From positions 8,703-72,702 of the forward strand of contig CAJTNL010000010.1 in the NCBI GenBank assembly GCA_910577755.1: a DNA stretch of 64,000 bases. The letters are read 5' to 3'. Below the pieces are notes generated by a model. It was given only the letters and a program-made list of their open reading frames with translations, was not told where the DNA came from and did not search any database. This document shows positions 38,191 to 47,769 of this stretch, piece after piece (position 1 is the stretch's first letter; each line of letters begins with the position of its first letter). Made by a program: the position numbers and the translations under genes. Origin of the DNA: an uncultured Eubacteriales bacterium (GTDB lineage Bacteria; Bacillota; Clostridia; Oscillospirales; Acutalibacteraceae).

Positions 38191-39207
38191 ATGATTATTA
38201 CAATGAAAAAAAATGCTCCTGAACAGGAGATTCAAAATTTAGTACAGTCTATTGAGGATAAAGGCGTTAAAGTTACCATGATTCAAGGCGCTAATTATAA
38301 TGTTTTTGGGATTGTGGGAGATACCACTGTCGTTGACGACAGACTAATTACAGCAAATCCTTATGTAGATAATGTAAAACGCATTGCCGCACCATATAAA
38401 AAGGCAAACCGATTGTTTCATCCATTGGATTCTGTTATAGATGTAGACGGGGTGAAAGTAGGCGGTAATGAAAAAATAGTTATAATAGGCGGACCATGTT
38501 CTGTAGAGGGCGAGGAATCCACGATGCAAATTGCCAAGGAAGTAAAGGAAGCTGGTGCAATGATGCTACGCGGAGGCGCTTATAAGCCGAGAACTTCACC
38601 GTATTCTTTCCAAGGGATGGGTATAGAGGGCCTAAAATGTCTTTATAAAGCCAAGCTCGCTTATAATATGCCTATTGTAAGCGAGCTGATGAGTGAAAAT
38701 AAGGTGGATGAGTTTGAAGAATATGTAGATTTGATTCAAGTGGGCGCACGTAATATGCAAAATTTTGATCTACTCAAAGCTTTAGGCAAATGCTCAAAAC
38801 CGATTTTGCTTAAACGGGGACTTTCTAATACTATGGAAGAGTGGATTATGGCGGCGGAATATATTATGGCAGGCGGCAATGAAAACGTAATTATGTGTGA
38901 GCGCGGTATACGCACTTTTGAAACATATACCAGAAATACATTAGATTTAAGTGTAATACCCATTATTAAATCAAAAACACACTTGCCGATTGTGATTGAT
39001 CCGTCGCATGCTACGGGTAAAAGAGATTTGGTTGAATCTATGGCGTTGGCTGCCATTGCAGCAGGGGCTGACGGATTAATGCTGGAAGTGCATGAAAATC
39101 CAGAATGTGCATGGTCGGACGGCGCTCAAACTATAACGCCGGCTGCATTGAAAACCTTAATTGAAAAGGGCAGAAAAATTGCAAATGTTATTGGCAGAGA
39201 AATGTAA
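38191..39207 (+). CDS. 3-deoxy-7-phosphoheptulonate (DAHP) synthase, type I-beta with N-terminal ferredoxin-like regulatory domain
   Basis: KDO8PS-like core (GPCSVE, KPRTSPY, DPSH), preceded by an about 70-aa ACT/FL-like domain. Confidence 0.9.
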   Translation: MIITMKKNAPEQEIQNLVQSIEDKGVKVTMIQGANYNVFGIVGDTTVVDDRLITANPYVDNVKRIAAPYKKANRLFHPLDSVIDVDGVKVGGNEKIVIIGGPCSVEGEESTMQIAKEVKEAGAMMLRGGAYKPRTSPYSFQGMGIEGLKCLYKAKLAYNMPIVSELMSENKVDEFEEYVDLIQVGARNMQNFDLLKALGKCSKPILLKRGLSNTMEEWIMAAEYIMAGGNENVIMCERGIRTFETYTRNTLDLSVIPIIKSKTHLPIVIDPSHATGKRDLVESMALAAIAAGADGLMLEVHENPECAWSDGAQTITPAALKTLIEKGRKIANVIGREM

Positions 39208-39278
39208 TTTTAGAAATCAGGGTAAAGCTCATTTCCTTTTGCTGAAATGAGCTTTTTTAACGAAGTGAGTGTGTAATT

Positions 39279-40547
39279 ATGAAAGTAAAAGTATATCCGT
39301 CTGTTTGCAGTGGTGAAATTCAAATCCCACCTTCAAAAAGTATAGCGCATCGTGCTATTATATGCGCTTCTTTGGCAAAGGGTAAAAGTGTAATTTCTAA
39401 TATTGCATATTCCGATGATATTTTAGCTACTATTTACGGTATGCAGCAGCTAGGTGCAACTATCATTATGGAGCAGAATAATGTAATTATCGAAGGTATT
39501 CATTCTTTTCCACAGCATCCCATAAAGGTAGATTGTAATGAATCCGGTTCAACCCTGCGTTTTTTTGTACCGCTATTCACACTTTCCAATCAATCGGTTA
39601 TTTTTTTGGGGAAAAACCGGTTATTTAACCGCCCCCAAACGGTGTATCGAACTTTGTTTCAAGAGCGTGGATGCTGTTTTGAGCAACAGGATCACCAGCT
39701 TTTGATACAAGGCGCTCTGACAGCCGGCACTTATTGCATTGACGGAAGTATTAGCTCTCAGTTTATTTCCGGTCTTTTATTCGCACTGCCTCTTTTGCAA
39801 GGGGATTCTGTAATTATTATTCGTCCGCCCTTTGAATCACGCTCGTATATAGAACTGACCATACAAGTTTTACAGACTTTTGGTATAACTGTGAGTTTTC
39901 AGGATGATTATACTTTATTGGTTCGTGGCAACCAAACTTATCAGGCCTGTAATTATACGGTTGAGGGTGATTACTCTCAAATGGCATTTTACGCAGTACT
40001 TGCGGCGGTTCAAAATGATTTGTATTGTAAGGGCATTAGTCACCAGTCAAAACAGGGCGATCAAGCAATTCTTTCGATCTTAAAAGCATGTAATTGTAAG
40101 ATTGAACCTCAAAAAGATGGTTATATGATTTATAAAAGCGCTTTACGTGGTATCGAAATTGATTTAGCAGATTGCCCTGATTTGGGACCTATTTTAAATG
40201 TTTTGGGCATGTATGCAAAAGGTAAAACACGTATTTATCATGCGGCGCGTCTGCGCTATAAAGAGTCGGACCGAATTGCTGCGATGAAGGAAGAATTGCA
40301 GAAATTTAATGTGGATATTACCACAAAAGAAGATGAGATTGTTATAATAGGACAGGATTCTTATAGTTGTACGGAAGAAATAGCGGGACATACCGATCAC
40401 CGTATTGTGATGAGTATGACTGTTGCGGCATTATGCAGTTCAAAACCTGTTGTAATAAATGGCGCTCAGTGTATTGATAAATCTTACCCGGACTTTTTTA
40501 AAGATATGCAGTCTATAGGCGCCAGAATAGAGGTGTTGGAATCATGA
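39279..40547 (+). CDS. aroA: 3-phosphoshikimate 1-carboxyvinyltransferase (EPSP synthase)
   Basis: 422 aa with PPSKSIAHR and ESDR. Confidence 0.9.
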   Translation: MKVKVYPSVCSGEIQIPPSKSIAHRAIICASLAKGKSVISNIAYSDDILATIYGMQQLGATIIMEQNNVIIEGIHSFPQHPIKVDCNESGSTLRFFVPLFTLSNQSVIFLGKNRLFNRPQTVYRTLFQERGCCFEQQDHQLLIQGALTAGTYCIDGSISSQFISGLLFALPLLQGDSVIIIRPPFESRSYIELTIQVLQTFGITVSFQDDYTLLVRGNQTYQACNYTVEGDYSQMAFYAVLAAVQNDLYCKGISHQSKQGDQAILSILKACNCKIEPQKDGYMIYKSALRGIEIDLADCPDLGPILNVLGMYAKGKTRIYHAARLRYKESDRIAAMKEELQKFNVDITTKEDEIVIIGQDSYSCTEEIAGHTDHRIVMSMTVAALCSSKPVVINGAQCIDKSYPDFFKDMQSIGARIEVLES

Positions 40548-41395
40548 TAGATAAAGACAAAGTTATATTAATTATCGGATTGGGTCTGATTGGAGGCAGC
40601 TACGCAAAAGGGTTAAAAAAACACGGTTATATGGTTTATGCCATTAGCAGGGGGCAGAAAACCATTGATTATGCGCTGGAGAACGGTATCATTGATCAAG
40701 GTTCTATCCAAGAAGATACGGAGTTAATTGGCCAGGCAGATTTTATTATTTTTGGCCTTTATCCTCACACCATGATAGACTGGATTTTTCGTAACCAACA
40801 GTATTTTAAACCGGGGGCTGTAATAACAGATGTTTGCGGTGTAAAATGCGGTGTGATTGATGTGGTGCAAGAGAAACTGCGTAAAGATGTGGAGTTGATT
40901 GGTTCCCATCCTATGGCGGGTAAAGAGGTAAGTGGTGTTGAGCACAGTGATGATGCAATCTTTCATTCGGCTAATTTTATCATTACGCCCACAAAGTACA
41001 ATACTGAGCGGGGCATTTCCTTTATTCGTGACCTGGCAAACCTTTTGGGTTTTCGTCACATTGCAGTGCTTACCCCACAGCAACACGACGAAATGATTGG
41101 GTATGTATCTCAATTAACTCATGCTGTAGCGGTTAGTCTGATGAATGCCAATGATAATGCATATTTAAAGGAATACACAGGAGATTCCTTTCGGGATTTA
41201 ACTCGAATTGCTAAAATTAATGAAACATTGTGGTGTGAGTTGTTCTTTTTAAATAAACAAAACCTAGTCAGAGAGATTGATGATTTAATTGCAGAGCTTG
41301 AAAATTTAAAACAAAAAATTGAGGACGAAGACGAGGATGGTATTAAGCAATTATTTATCCAATCTACTGAGCGTAGAAAACAGTTTGATAAATAG
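40544..41395 (+). CDS. tyrA: Prephenate dehydrogenase
   Basis: 283 aa with a Rossmann GLGLIGGS motif and GSHPMAG. Confidence 0.85.
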   Translation: MIDKDKVILIIGLGLIGGSYAKGLKKHGYMVYAISRGQKTIDYALENGIIDQGSIQEDTELIGQADFIIFGLYPHTMIDWIFRNQQYFKPGAVITDVCGVKCGVIDVVQEKLRKDVELIGSHPMAGKEVSGVEHSDDAIFHSANFIITPTKYNTERGISFIRDLANLLGFRHIAVLTPQQHDEMIGYVSQLTHAVAVSLMNANDNAYLKEYTGDSFRDLTRIAKINETLWCELFFLNKQNLVREIDDLIAELENLKQKIEDEDEDGIKQLFIQSTERRKQFDK

Positions 41396-41902
41396 ATTTA
41401 AGTAACAGGAAGCAAAAAGCTTTTGGATATCCATCGTAAGGAAAGCGGCTATGTTTGTTCTATTGGTTTAAAGGGAATCCGATTTTGATGTTTAAATCTA
41501 TAATTTCCAAAATAATGTGATAGATGAGAATATTGGTATGTAGCTATTAGTCAATAATTTGTAATTTATATAGCATCAATAATCTATTGTGAAAGCATGC
41601 ATATATTTGTACCTATACGAAAATGGCAATACTTTACAGTCTGCCTTACTTGAAAGATACAAGAAAATGTATTTCTCTATTTTCGTTGTTATTAAAACTG
41701 TACCAGTAAATGCATGTTTTCTATGCTTGCAGGACTTATATAAATAGGTGCAAATAGGATGTTTGTAATTTATGAATGCTATGAGAAAGCCATTGATAAT
41801 AGTATTAAGGTATTTACCGCTATTACAAGTTTGCGATGAATATGGATAGAGAACACAAGGAAGAATAGACGTAATTATAAAGTAAATGGAAGGTTAGTGA
41901 TT

Positions 41903-41949
41903 GAGAGCTATACTCAATATTTTGTTATAAAATATTGAGTATAGCTCTC
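41903..41949 (+). terminator. Strong orphan hairpin (21-bp perfect stem) plus T-rich tail
   Basis: gagagctatactcaatatttt, loop gttat, aaaatattgagtatagctctc, followed by attttatttgt. The nearest upstream annotated gene ends at 41395. Confidence 0.6.
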
Positions 41950-42098
41950 ATTTTATTTGTATGATTGGGTAGATTTGTCGGCAGTTTTTTGTGTTTTTTC
42001 TTTTACATTTTGGTTTTTTACGATTTGTTTGCAAATACTATAAAGATTTATGCTACAATATGGAATAAATTTATTAGAACATTAGGAGTGACAGATTT

Positions 42099-43796
42099 AT
42101 GAAGTTTTCTCAAATGGAATATAAACGTCCTAATATAGACGAAATGATCGAAAAATATAAGCATATAACGGAGCAATTTCCCAATTGTAAAAGTGCAAAG
42201 GAGCAAATGCAGTGCATTTTGGAGCATGAATCTTTGATGAAATCTTATCAAACCATGAGTACCCTTGCGCATATTTATAACAGCGTTAACACGGCGGATA
42301 CATTCTTTGAAAAAGAAAAAGCATTTTATAACGAAAAATCTCCGGAAATACAGGAGTATGAGCAAGCTTTTCTACAGGTGGTGTACGACTCTAAATTTAG
42401 AAGCGAGTTGGAAAAACAGTTGGGTCGCCTATTTTTTGAAAATATCAAGGTTGCTTTACGCTCTTTTTCTCCGGATATTATCCCGCTTTTACAGGAGGAG
42501 AATGAGTTGACTACTACTTATCAGAAGCTATTGGCGGCTGCTGAAATTCATTTTGACGGCAAGGTTCTGAACCTTTCTAGCATTACACCGTATTTACAAG
42601 ACCTTGACAGAAGCGTTAGAAAGCAGGCGTGGGAGAAAAGCGCAGCTTTTTTTGAAGAAAATGCGGAAAAGCTTGATGAGATTTATGATAAGCTCATTAA
42701 AAATAGAGATGAACAGGCACGCAAATTGGGATATTCCAATTATATACAGCTGGGATATGATCGCTTGGGAAGAAATTGTTACCGTGCTGAAGATGTAAAG
42801 GTGTTTCGCGACCAAATTATACGTGATTTAGTTCCAATTACTGTTACCATTCGTAAAATGCAGGCAGAGCGTATAGGTATTGATACCGTTAAATTTCATG
42901 ATACGGCAGTTTCGTTTGCAGATGGTAATCCAATTCCAAAAGGAGGTACACAGGAGCTGGTTAACGCTGCACAAAAAATGTATGATGAAATGAGCGCTGA
43001 TACAGCTGAATTTTTTACGTTTATGCGTGAAAATGAACTGTTTGATTTGGAGAGTAAAGCTGGTAAAGCAGGGGGCGGTTATTGCACTGAGCTTCCGGAT
43101 TATCAATCGCCGTTTATTTTTTCTAATTTCAATGGAACCTCGGGTGATGTAGATGTTCTGACACATGAGGCAGGACACGCTTTTGCTGCATATCAGGCAC
43201 GCAATATGGAGATTAGAGAAAACGCAAGTACTACCATGGAAACCGCCGAAGTGCACTCTATGACAATGGAGTTTATGGCACGCCCGTGGGCAGAGTTGTT
43301 TTTTGGTGATGATGCGGCAAAATTTCGTGTATTTCAGTTGGAATCTGCACTTAATTTTATCCCATATGGTTGTTTGGTAGACGAATTTCAGCATGGTGTA
43401 TATGAAAATCCAAAATTAACACCACAGGAACGAAAAAAATTGTGGCTGAAATTAGAAAAAAAATATCGGCCATGGCTGGAGTTTGATCATTTGCCGTTTT
43501 TCAAAGATGGCGGAGGCTATCAGAAACAGCTTCATATTTACTGTTATCCGTTTTACTATATCGATTATTGCCTCGCGCAAACAGTTGCATTGGAGTTCTG
43601 GAGCCAATCAAATAAGGATTGGCAAAAAGCATTTGAATCGTATTTGAAATTTGTTAGTGCTGCGGGCACGAAAAGTTTTGTGGAACTGATTGAAGATTCG
43701 CACTTAAATTCTCCTTTTAAAGATGGTTGTGTGAAAGAGTTAAGTGCAGAGGTAGTGAATTGGATGGAGCAACATCGAATTACACGGCAGGTTTAG
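42099..43796 (+). CDS. pepF: M3 family oligoendopeptidase (PepF-like)
   Basis: 565 aa with the HEAGHAF zinc motif. Confidence 0.85.
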   Translation: MKFSQMEYKRPNIDEMIEKYKHITEQFPNCKSAKEQMQCILEHESLMKSYQTMSTLAHIYNSVNTADTFFEKEKAFYNEKSPEIQEYEQAFLQVVYDSKFRSELEKQLGRLFFENIKVALRSFSPDIIPLLQEENELTTTYQKLLAAAEIHFDGKVLNLSSITPYLQDLDRSVRKQAWEKSAAFFEENAEKLDEIYDKLIKNRDEQARKLGYSNYIQLGYDRLGRNCYRAEDVKVFRDQIIRDLVPITVTIRKMQAERIGIDTVKFHDTAVSFADGNPIPKGGTQELVNAAQKMYDEMSADTAEFFTFMRENELFDLESKAGKAGGGYCTELPDYQSPFIFSNFNGTSGDVDVLTHEAGHAFAAYQARNMEIRENASTTMETAEVHSMTMEFMARPWAELFFGDDAAKFRVFQLESALNFIPYGCLVDEFQHGVYENPKLTPQERKKLWLKLEKKYRPWLEFDHLPFFKDGGGYQKQLHIYCYPFYYIDYCLAQTVALEFWSQSNKDWQKAFESYLKFVSAAGTKSFVELIEDSHLNSPFKDGCVKELSAEVVNWMEQHRITRQV

Positions 43797-45339
43797 AGCG
43801 AAAAATTTCTTTTATACACATTACGTCTTCTTTTTGTAAGCTGCCGGTTAAACGCAATAAAACGTAGTATCCAATTGTTGAAGTCATAAACTCTAATATC
43901 ATACAACTCCAGGCGGGGCATATGCTCATAAACGGTAACTGTCTGCAAAATAAGACGAACAGTACTGAGACGCTGCCGCATAAAATAGGCTTTATGATCC
44001 ACTCTGTTACGTTAACCTCCACACAGGAAACCTTTAATAGACGTTGAATGCTAAGGGTTGCATTGAAAATAGTACTAAAAAATATAATGGCTAAATAGCC
44101 GTTAGTGCCGGTGAGGGGTACAAGAAAATATACCAAAACAACACGTAAGCCGGAATCGGCAAAATTATATTGCATAGAAGCAATTTGTTGGTCTAAGCCT
44201 TTTAATATGCCGTCTACCACACTATCTAAATACATTAGTGGAACCAGCGGTGCTAAAAAACGAATCAGGCGGCTGGCTTCTTCGCTTTGGTAAAAGACAT
44301 GCCCAAAGTCGCTGGCAAAGGCAATTAAACAGGCAGAAATAAAAAATGAAAACAGTAGGGTCAACTGCATAGAGCGTGCAGTGATTCTACTGATTGTTCT
44401 TTTGTGACCTGCTGCATATGCTTCGGCCATTTCAGGTACAAGCAATGAAGAAAAGGCTATTAAAAAGGCGGAGGGAAAATAAATAAGGGGGAACACCATA
44501 CCATGAATCATTCCATAATTACTTAGGGAGCGTTCTGTGCTGGCGCCGTGTTTTTTAAAGCCAATGGGAATTAACATATTTTCTAAGGTAACAAGTCCGT
44601 TGCGTAGTGTGGAGCCCAACATAATAGGTAGTTCTATATGTAGCATATCTTGTAAGGCTTTGCGGAACGTGTATTGAAAGGTATTGTCTGTTCTGTCTTT
44701 TGTTTTTATTTTGTCTTTTGTGAAGAAGAGAAAGGTGTAAAAGCAAGAGGCGGCTTCTCCTAATGTAGAGCCAAACATAACAGAAGCGCAGGCATATTCC
44801 AGTCCTTCGGGTGCAGCTAGAGAAAATAATGCTATGACCGCTATAATTGTTACAAATTGTTCTAATAATTCTGCTGAAGCAGTTTTTGTAATACCGCGCA
44901 TGGCGATAAAATATCCCTTTATGCAAGAACAGGTCGCCATAAGAGGCAGACCAGGTGCCAAAATTTTTAATGAGAGAGCAACACGTCCGTCACCAAGCCA
45001 TGCGACTGCAATGTAGTTTGAAGTAAAGTACAGTATAGTCATTGCACTGAGGCTGATACAGAGCGCAAACACGATGCATTTTCGTACAGCACGTTTTGCT
45101 TGTGATGGCGCTCCTTTTGCAATGGTGTCCGTTACAATACGTGTGACAGCTAAGCTTATTCCTGAGGTGGAAACCGTAATAGCCAATATAAATACAGACA
45201 TCACTAACTGATATAATCCCATACCGGCAGTACCGATTTTTGAGGATAAATACATGCGGTATCCGATACTGCCGGTACGCATTACCAGTGAAGATGCCGT
45301 TAATATGATTGCATTAAAGAAAAATATCCGCTTTTTCAT
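43780..45339 (-). CDS. spoVB: Stage V sporulation protein B-like MOP/MurJ-type flippase
   Basis: 519 aa, about 14 TM segments. N-terminal architecture and size resemble SpoVB. Confidence 0.7.
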   Translation of the reverse strand: MKKRIFFFNAIILTASSLVMRTGSIGYRMYLSSKIGTAGMGLYQLVMSVFILAITVSTSGISLAVTRIVTDTIAKGAPSQAKRAVRKCIVFALCISLSAMTILYFTSNYIAVAWLGDGRVALSLKILAPGLPLMATCSCIKGYFIAMRGITKTASAELLEQFVTIIAVIALFSLAAPEGLEYACASVMFGSTLGEAASCFYTFLFFTKDKIKTKDRTDNTFQYTFRKALQDMLHIELPIMLGSTLRNGLVTLENMLIPIGFKKHGASTERSLSNYGMIHGMVFPLIYFPSAFLIAFSSLLVPEMAEAYAAGHKRTISRITARSMQLTLLFSFFISACLIAFASDFGHVFYQSEEASRLIRFLAPLVPLMYLDSVVDGILKGLDQQIASMQYNFADSGLRVVLVYFLVPLTGTNGYLAIIFFSTIFNATLSIQRLLKVSCVEVNVTEWIIKPILCGSVSVLFVLFCRQLPFMSICPAWSCMILEFMTSTIGYYVLLRLTGSLQKEDVMCIKEIFRSKPAV

Positions 45340-45505
45340 AGTATAGCCCCATTTAGAATTGAAATCTTTTTAATATATGCCTGTGATAGCCAGAACATGA
45401 AACAAGCTGGTATATTTCTATGAAAGTTTGCTAAAAAACAAAATTTTTAGTATAGAACATAACTTGCAATGTGGGAAACATTATTGCATAATATTAACAT
45501 TTAAG

Positions 45506-45544
45506 GCGGGAAACCCTGAAAAATCAGGATTTCCCGCTTTTTTT
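45506..45544 (+). terminator. Orphan rho-independent terminator abutting the prophage attL
   Basis: gcgggaaaccctga, loop aaaa, tcaggatttcccgc, followed by TTTTTTT. No annotated plus-strand gene lies upstream. Confidence 0.6.
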
Positions 45545-45554
45545 GTTACTAATT
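45542..45554 (+). repeat. Candidate attL core (direct repeat TTTGTTACTAATT)
   Basis: Exact 13-mer shared with 57880-57892. Overlaps the integrase stop codon (45549-45551). Confidence 0.55.
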
Positions 45555-46661
45555 TGTTATTAGTTCAATATTCATTTTTAGTTCCTCCATATTTTTATGG
45601 GTATAAATCCGTTCACCCGTACCTTTCGATTTATGCCCCATGATCCTATCAATACAAACCTTGTTTGCCCCGGCAGAATCAAGGCGGCTTCTGAATGTGT
45701 GGCGGCATTCGTGAGGGGTGTGCTGCATTTCCAATCTTTCCATGATTTTAGCCCAAAAAGTAAGTCTATATTGGTTTTGGTTCAACTTCTTTCCATTGTG
45801 CTCAAACAAATAACCGCTTTTGGACTGTTTAACCCGTTTTTGAAATATGTGTTGAATTTTTGAATGAATGGGTATAACTCTGTTCTTTCCTGCTGCTGTT
45901 TTCGTTCCCCCAATTATAGTTTGGATTTTAAGGTCAACGCTAGAAGTTTTTAAGTCAATCATTTCTGAAATCCTAAACCCCGTGTAAAGGAAGAACAAAA
46001 CGGAATCAACCCATTCCAATTTTTCATTTTCCCAAAGTCGTGAAACTTCTTCATTTGTGAAAATTTCCTTGCTTGTTTCTGGTATGGGTTCAGAGGTAAG
46101 CAGATCAGAATAGCATTTTGAAACTATATCAAGTTCCATTGCGAAACGGTCAAGATGTCCAAAAAGGTTTTTAATCGCCCCTTGTGTAGAATAACCGCAA
46201 CCGCAGCTATCAATGCAATCTTGCATTTGATATGATTTGATTTGTTTATATTTCAGATTTTTTAATTTGGAACAATGCTTGTATGCTGCTTTCAAGGAAG
46301 TTTGATTTGCTTTTCCCAATTTAGCAGCTCGCTTTTCAAGCCATAGTTCATAGAGTTCTTGAAAGGTGATTTTATCCGTTTCAATATCCCACGGATCATT
46401 GTTGTAATTGGCAAGCATTATCAAACCTTCTTCCCGTGTTGCAGCGTAACCTATGGGCTTTTGCTTTCCTGATACACCTTCCTTAACAATCCACGGTTTT
46501 CTTCTATTGCCTGACAGCTTAGTAACTGTTCCATATCTGTTTGGATTCTTAATAGGGAACACCTTCTTTCTTACAACGGGTTTGATTATGCCGCTGTTCC
46601 TTAGCTGTAGCCCATCTACAATTTGAAGGTTCATATTTCCCGTTAGGATCAATTCTATCAA
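45549..46661 (-). CDS. int: Tyrosine-type phage integrase
   Basis: C-terminal HECRHTFRS...GH....ERIYTH (the R-H-R-Y catalytic set) and an N-terminal arm-binding-like NRRKPWIV...GYAATREE. Start is uncertain: TTG 46661, or GTG 46562 (14-nt overlap with the upstream gene). Confidence 0.9.
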   Translation of the reverse strand: MIELILTGNMNLQIVDGLQLRNSGIIKPVVRKKVFPIKNPNRYGTVTKLSGNRRKPWIVKEGVSGKQKPIGYAATREEGLIMLANYNNDPWDIETDKITFQELYELWLEKRAAKLGKANQTSLKAAYKHCSKLKNLKYKQIKSYQMQDCIDSCGCGYSTQGAIKNLFGHLDRFAMELDIVSKCYSDLLTSEPIPETSKEIFTNEEVSRLWENEKLEWVDSVLFFLYTGFRISEMIDLKTSSVDLKIQTIIGGTKTAAGKNRVIPIHSKIQHIFQKRVKQSKSGYLFEHNGKKLNQNQYRLTFWAKIMERLEMQHTPHECRHTFRSRLDSAGANKVCIDRIMGHKSKGTGERIYTHKNMEELKMNIELITN

Positions 46662-47058
46662 TACTCAAATTCTCTTTATATCCGTGTAGAACCGCCCAAT
46701 TTCTAAAAGTCCAATAGTTGTACTTCCAATTATCACATATTGTTACGCCTTTACCGCCATAATATCTTTTGTAATCTGGCGAATTGGGGTTACTACAGCG
46801 GTTTTTCATTGCTTGCCAAATACGATATAATCTTGTGCCACATTCCCCATGTGTAGTTCTGTTTGGACTTGAAATGTGTTTTTCTTTGTCAAGGCAACCA
46901 CATGATTTTGTATGCCCTTGTTGTAATGAGTTACTGGAAATAATTTTAGAATTTCCACATTCACATTTGTAAAGCCACATTGAACGATTATATTTATTTT
47001 TTTCGCTATAAGATATAACCGTCAATCTACCATAAGTTTTTCCTATTAGATTTTTCAT
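46549..47058 (-). CDS. Phage-associated zinc-ribbon / degenerate HNH-like DNA-binding protein
   Basis: 169 aa with GRLTVI...CECG-x17-SCGC, then RLYRIW..MK.RC.NP...Y..YGG.G...C..W and IDRID..G.YEPSNCRWAT..EQ. This is HNH_3-like, but with Arg in place of the catalytic His. Confidence 0.6.
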   Translation of the reverse strand: MKNLIGKTYGRLTVISYSEKNKYNRSMWLYKCECGNSKIISSNSLQQGHTKSCGCLDKEKHISSPNRTTHGECGTRLYRIWQAMKNRCSNPNSPDYKRYYGGKGVTICDNWKYNYWTFRNWAVLHGYKENLSIDRIDPNGKYEPSNCRWATAKEQRHNQTRCKKEGVPY

Positions 47059-47190
47059 AACTTCACCGCCTATTTACTTGTGAAATCAGGCGTGAAGTGC
47101 TATAATATCAGTTGACCGCTGAAAATCACTTCATCCTGATTTTTGGTCGCTTCCCCCTGTTGGTGTTGCAGCACTGACGGGGGAATTTTT

Positions 47191-47730
47191 TTAATCAAAA
47201 TAATTCAAATTATAAGTAACATATATGGTATTAAAAGTTTTGTTCTCCTTGTCGTAATTATAGAATTCAACTTCCGCTACATTATCTGACACCGGGGAAA
47301 ATTTATATGTTGTTCCAGTATCAACAGTTTTCTTTGCGTTTTCACCGGGAACAATCCCAAACATAGCAAAGATATTATCCGAATTTGATCCTTCAACTTT
47401 CCAGTGTGTATTAGAAAACAAACGAAGCTTTATAACTGTATCTTCATAAAGAATAAATTCCCCATAAAAACCTTCAAAATTATAGGTATAAATCTGCATT
47501 TGAAATTCACCTTTAGATGTTTGATTATTCCAATTTTCTATATTCGTGGGTTCGCCTAATTCATTTTTTAGTTCATCTGTTGAAATACGACTGAGTTTTG
47601 AACAATCAAACACCACTGAAATATTTTCTTGTTTTTGGTACTGTTCGGGATTTTGAATAATTCGGTATATTCCAAACCCTAAAGCACCGATCAGGATCAC
47701 ACCTATAATTAAACCAACCTTTTTCTTCAT
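47191..47730 (-). CDS. Membrane-anchored extracytoplasmic protein of unknown function (prophage accessory gene)
   Basis: Start chosen at MKKKVGLIIGVILIGALGFG behind AGAAGGAAG. One N-terminal TM segment followed by a beta-rich soluble domain. No homology recognised. Confidence 0.55.
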   Translation of the reverse strand: MKKKVGLIIGVILIGALGFGIYRIIQNPEQYQKQENISVVFDCSKLSRISTDELKNELGEPTNIENWNNQTSKGEFQMQIYTYNFEGFYGEFILYEDTVIKLRLFSNTHWKVEGSNSDNIFAMFGIVPGENAKKTVDTGTTYKFSPVSDNVAEVEFYNYDKENKTFNTIYVTYNLNYFD

Positions 47731-47769
47731 AGTAAACTTCCTTCTTGTTTGAAAGGTTAATTTCAAACA

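Noticed and set aside
45340-45560. A tRNA or tmRNA gene as the prophage integration target.
   Set aside because: No T-arm (GTTCRANNC-like) or acceptor-stem pattern is present. Only a simple terminator hairpin is visible.
45428-45643. 71-aa plus-strand ORF spanning the terminator and the integrase 3' end.
   Set aside because: It reads through a terminator hairpin and runs antisense to int. It has a TTG start and no RBS, so it is spurious.
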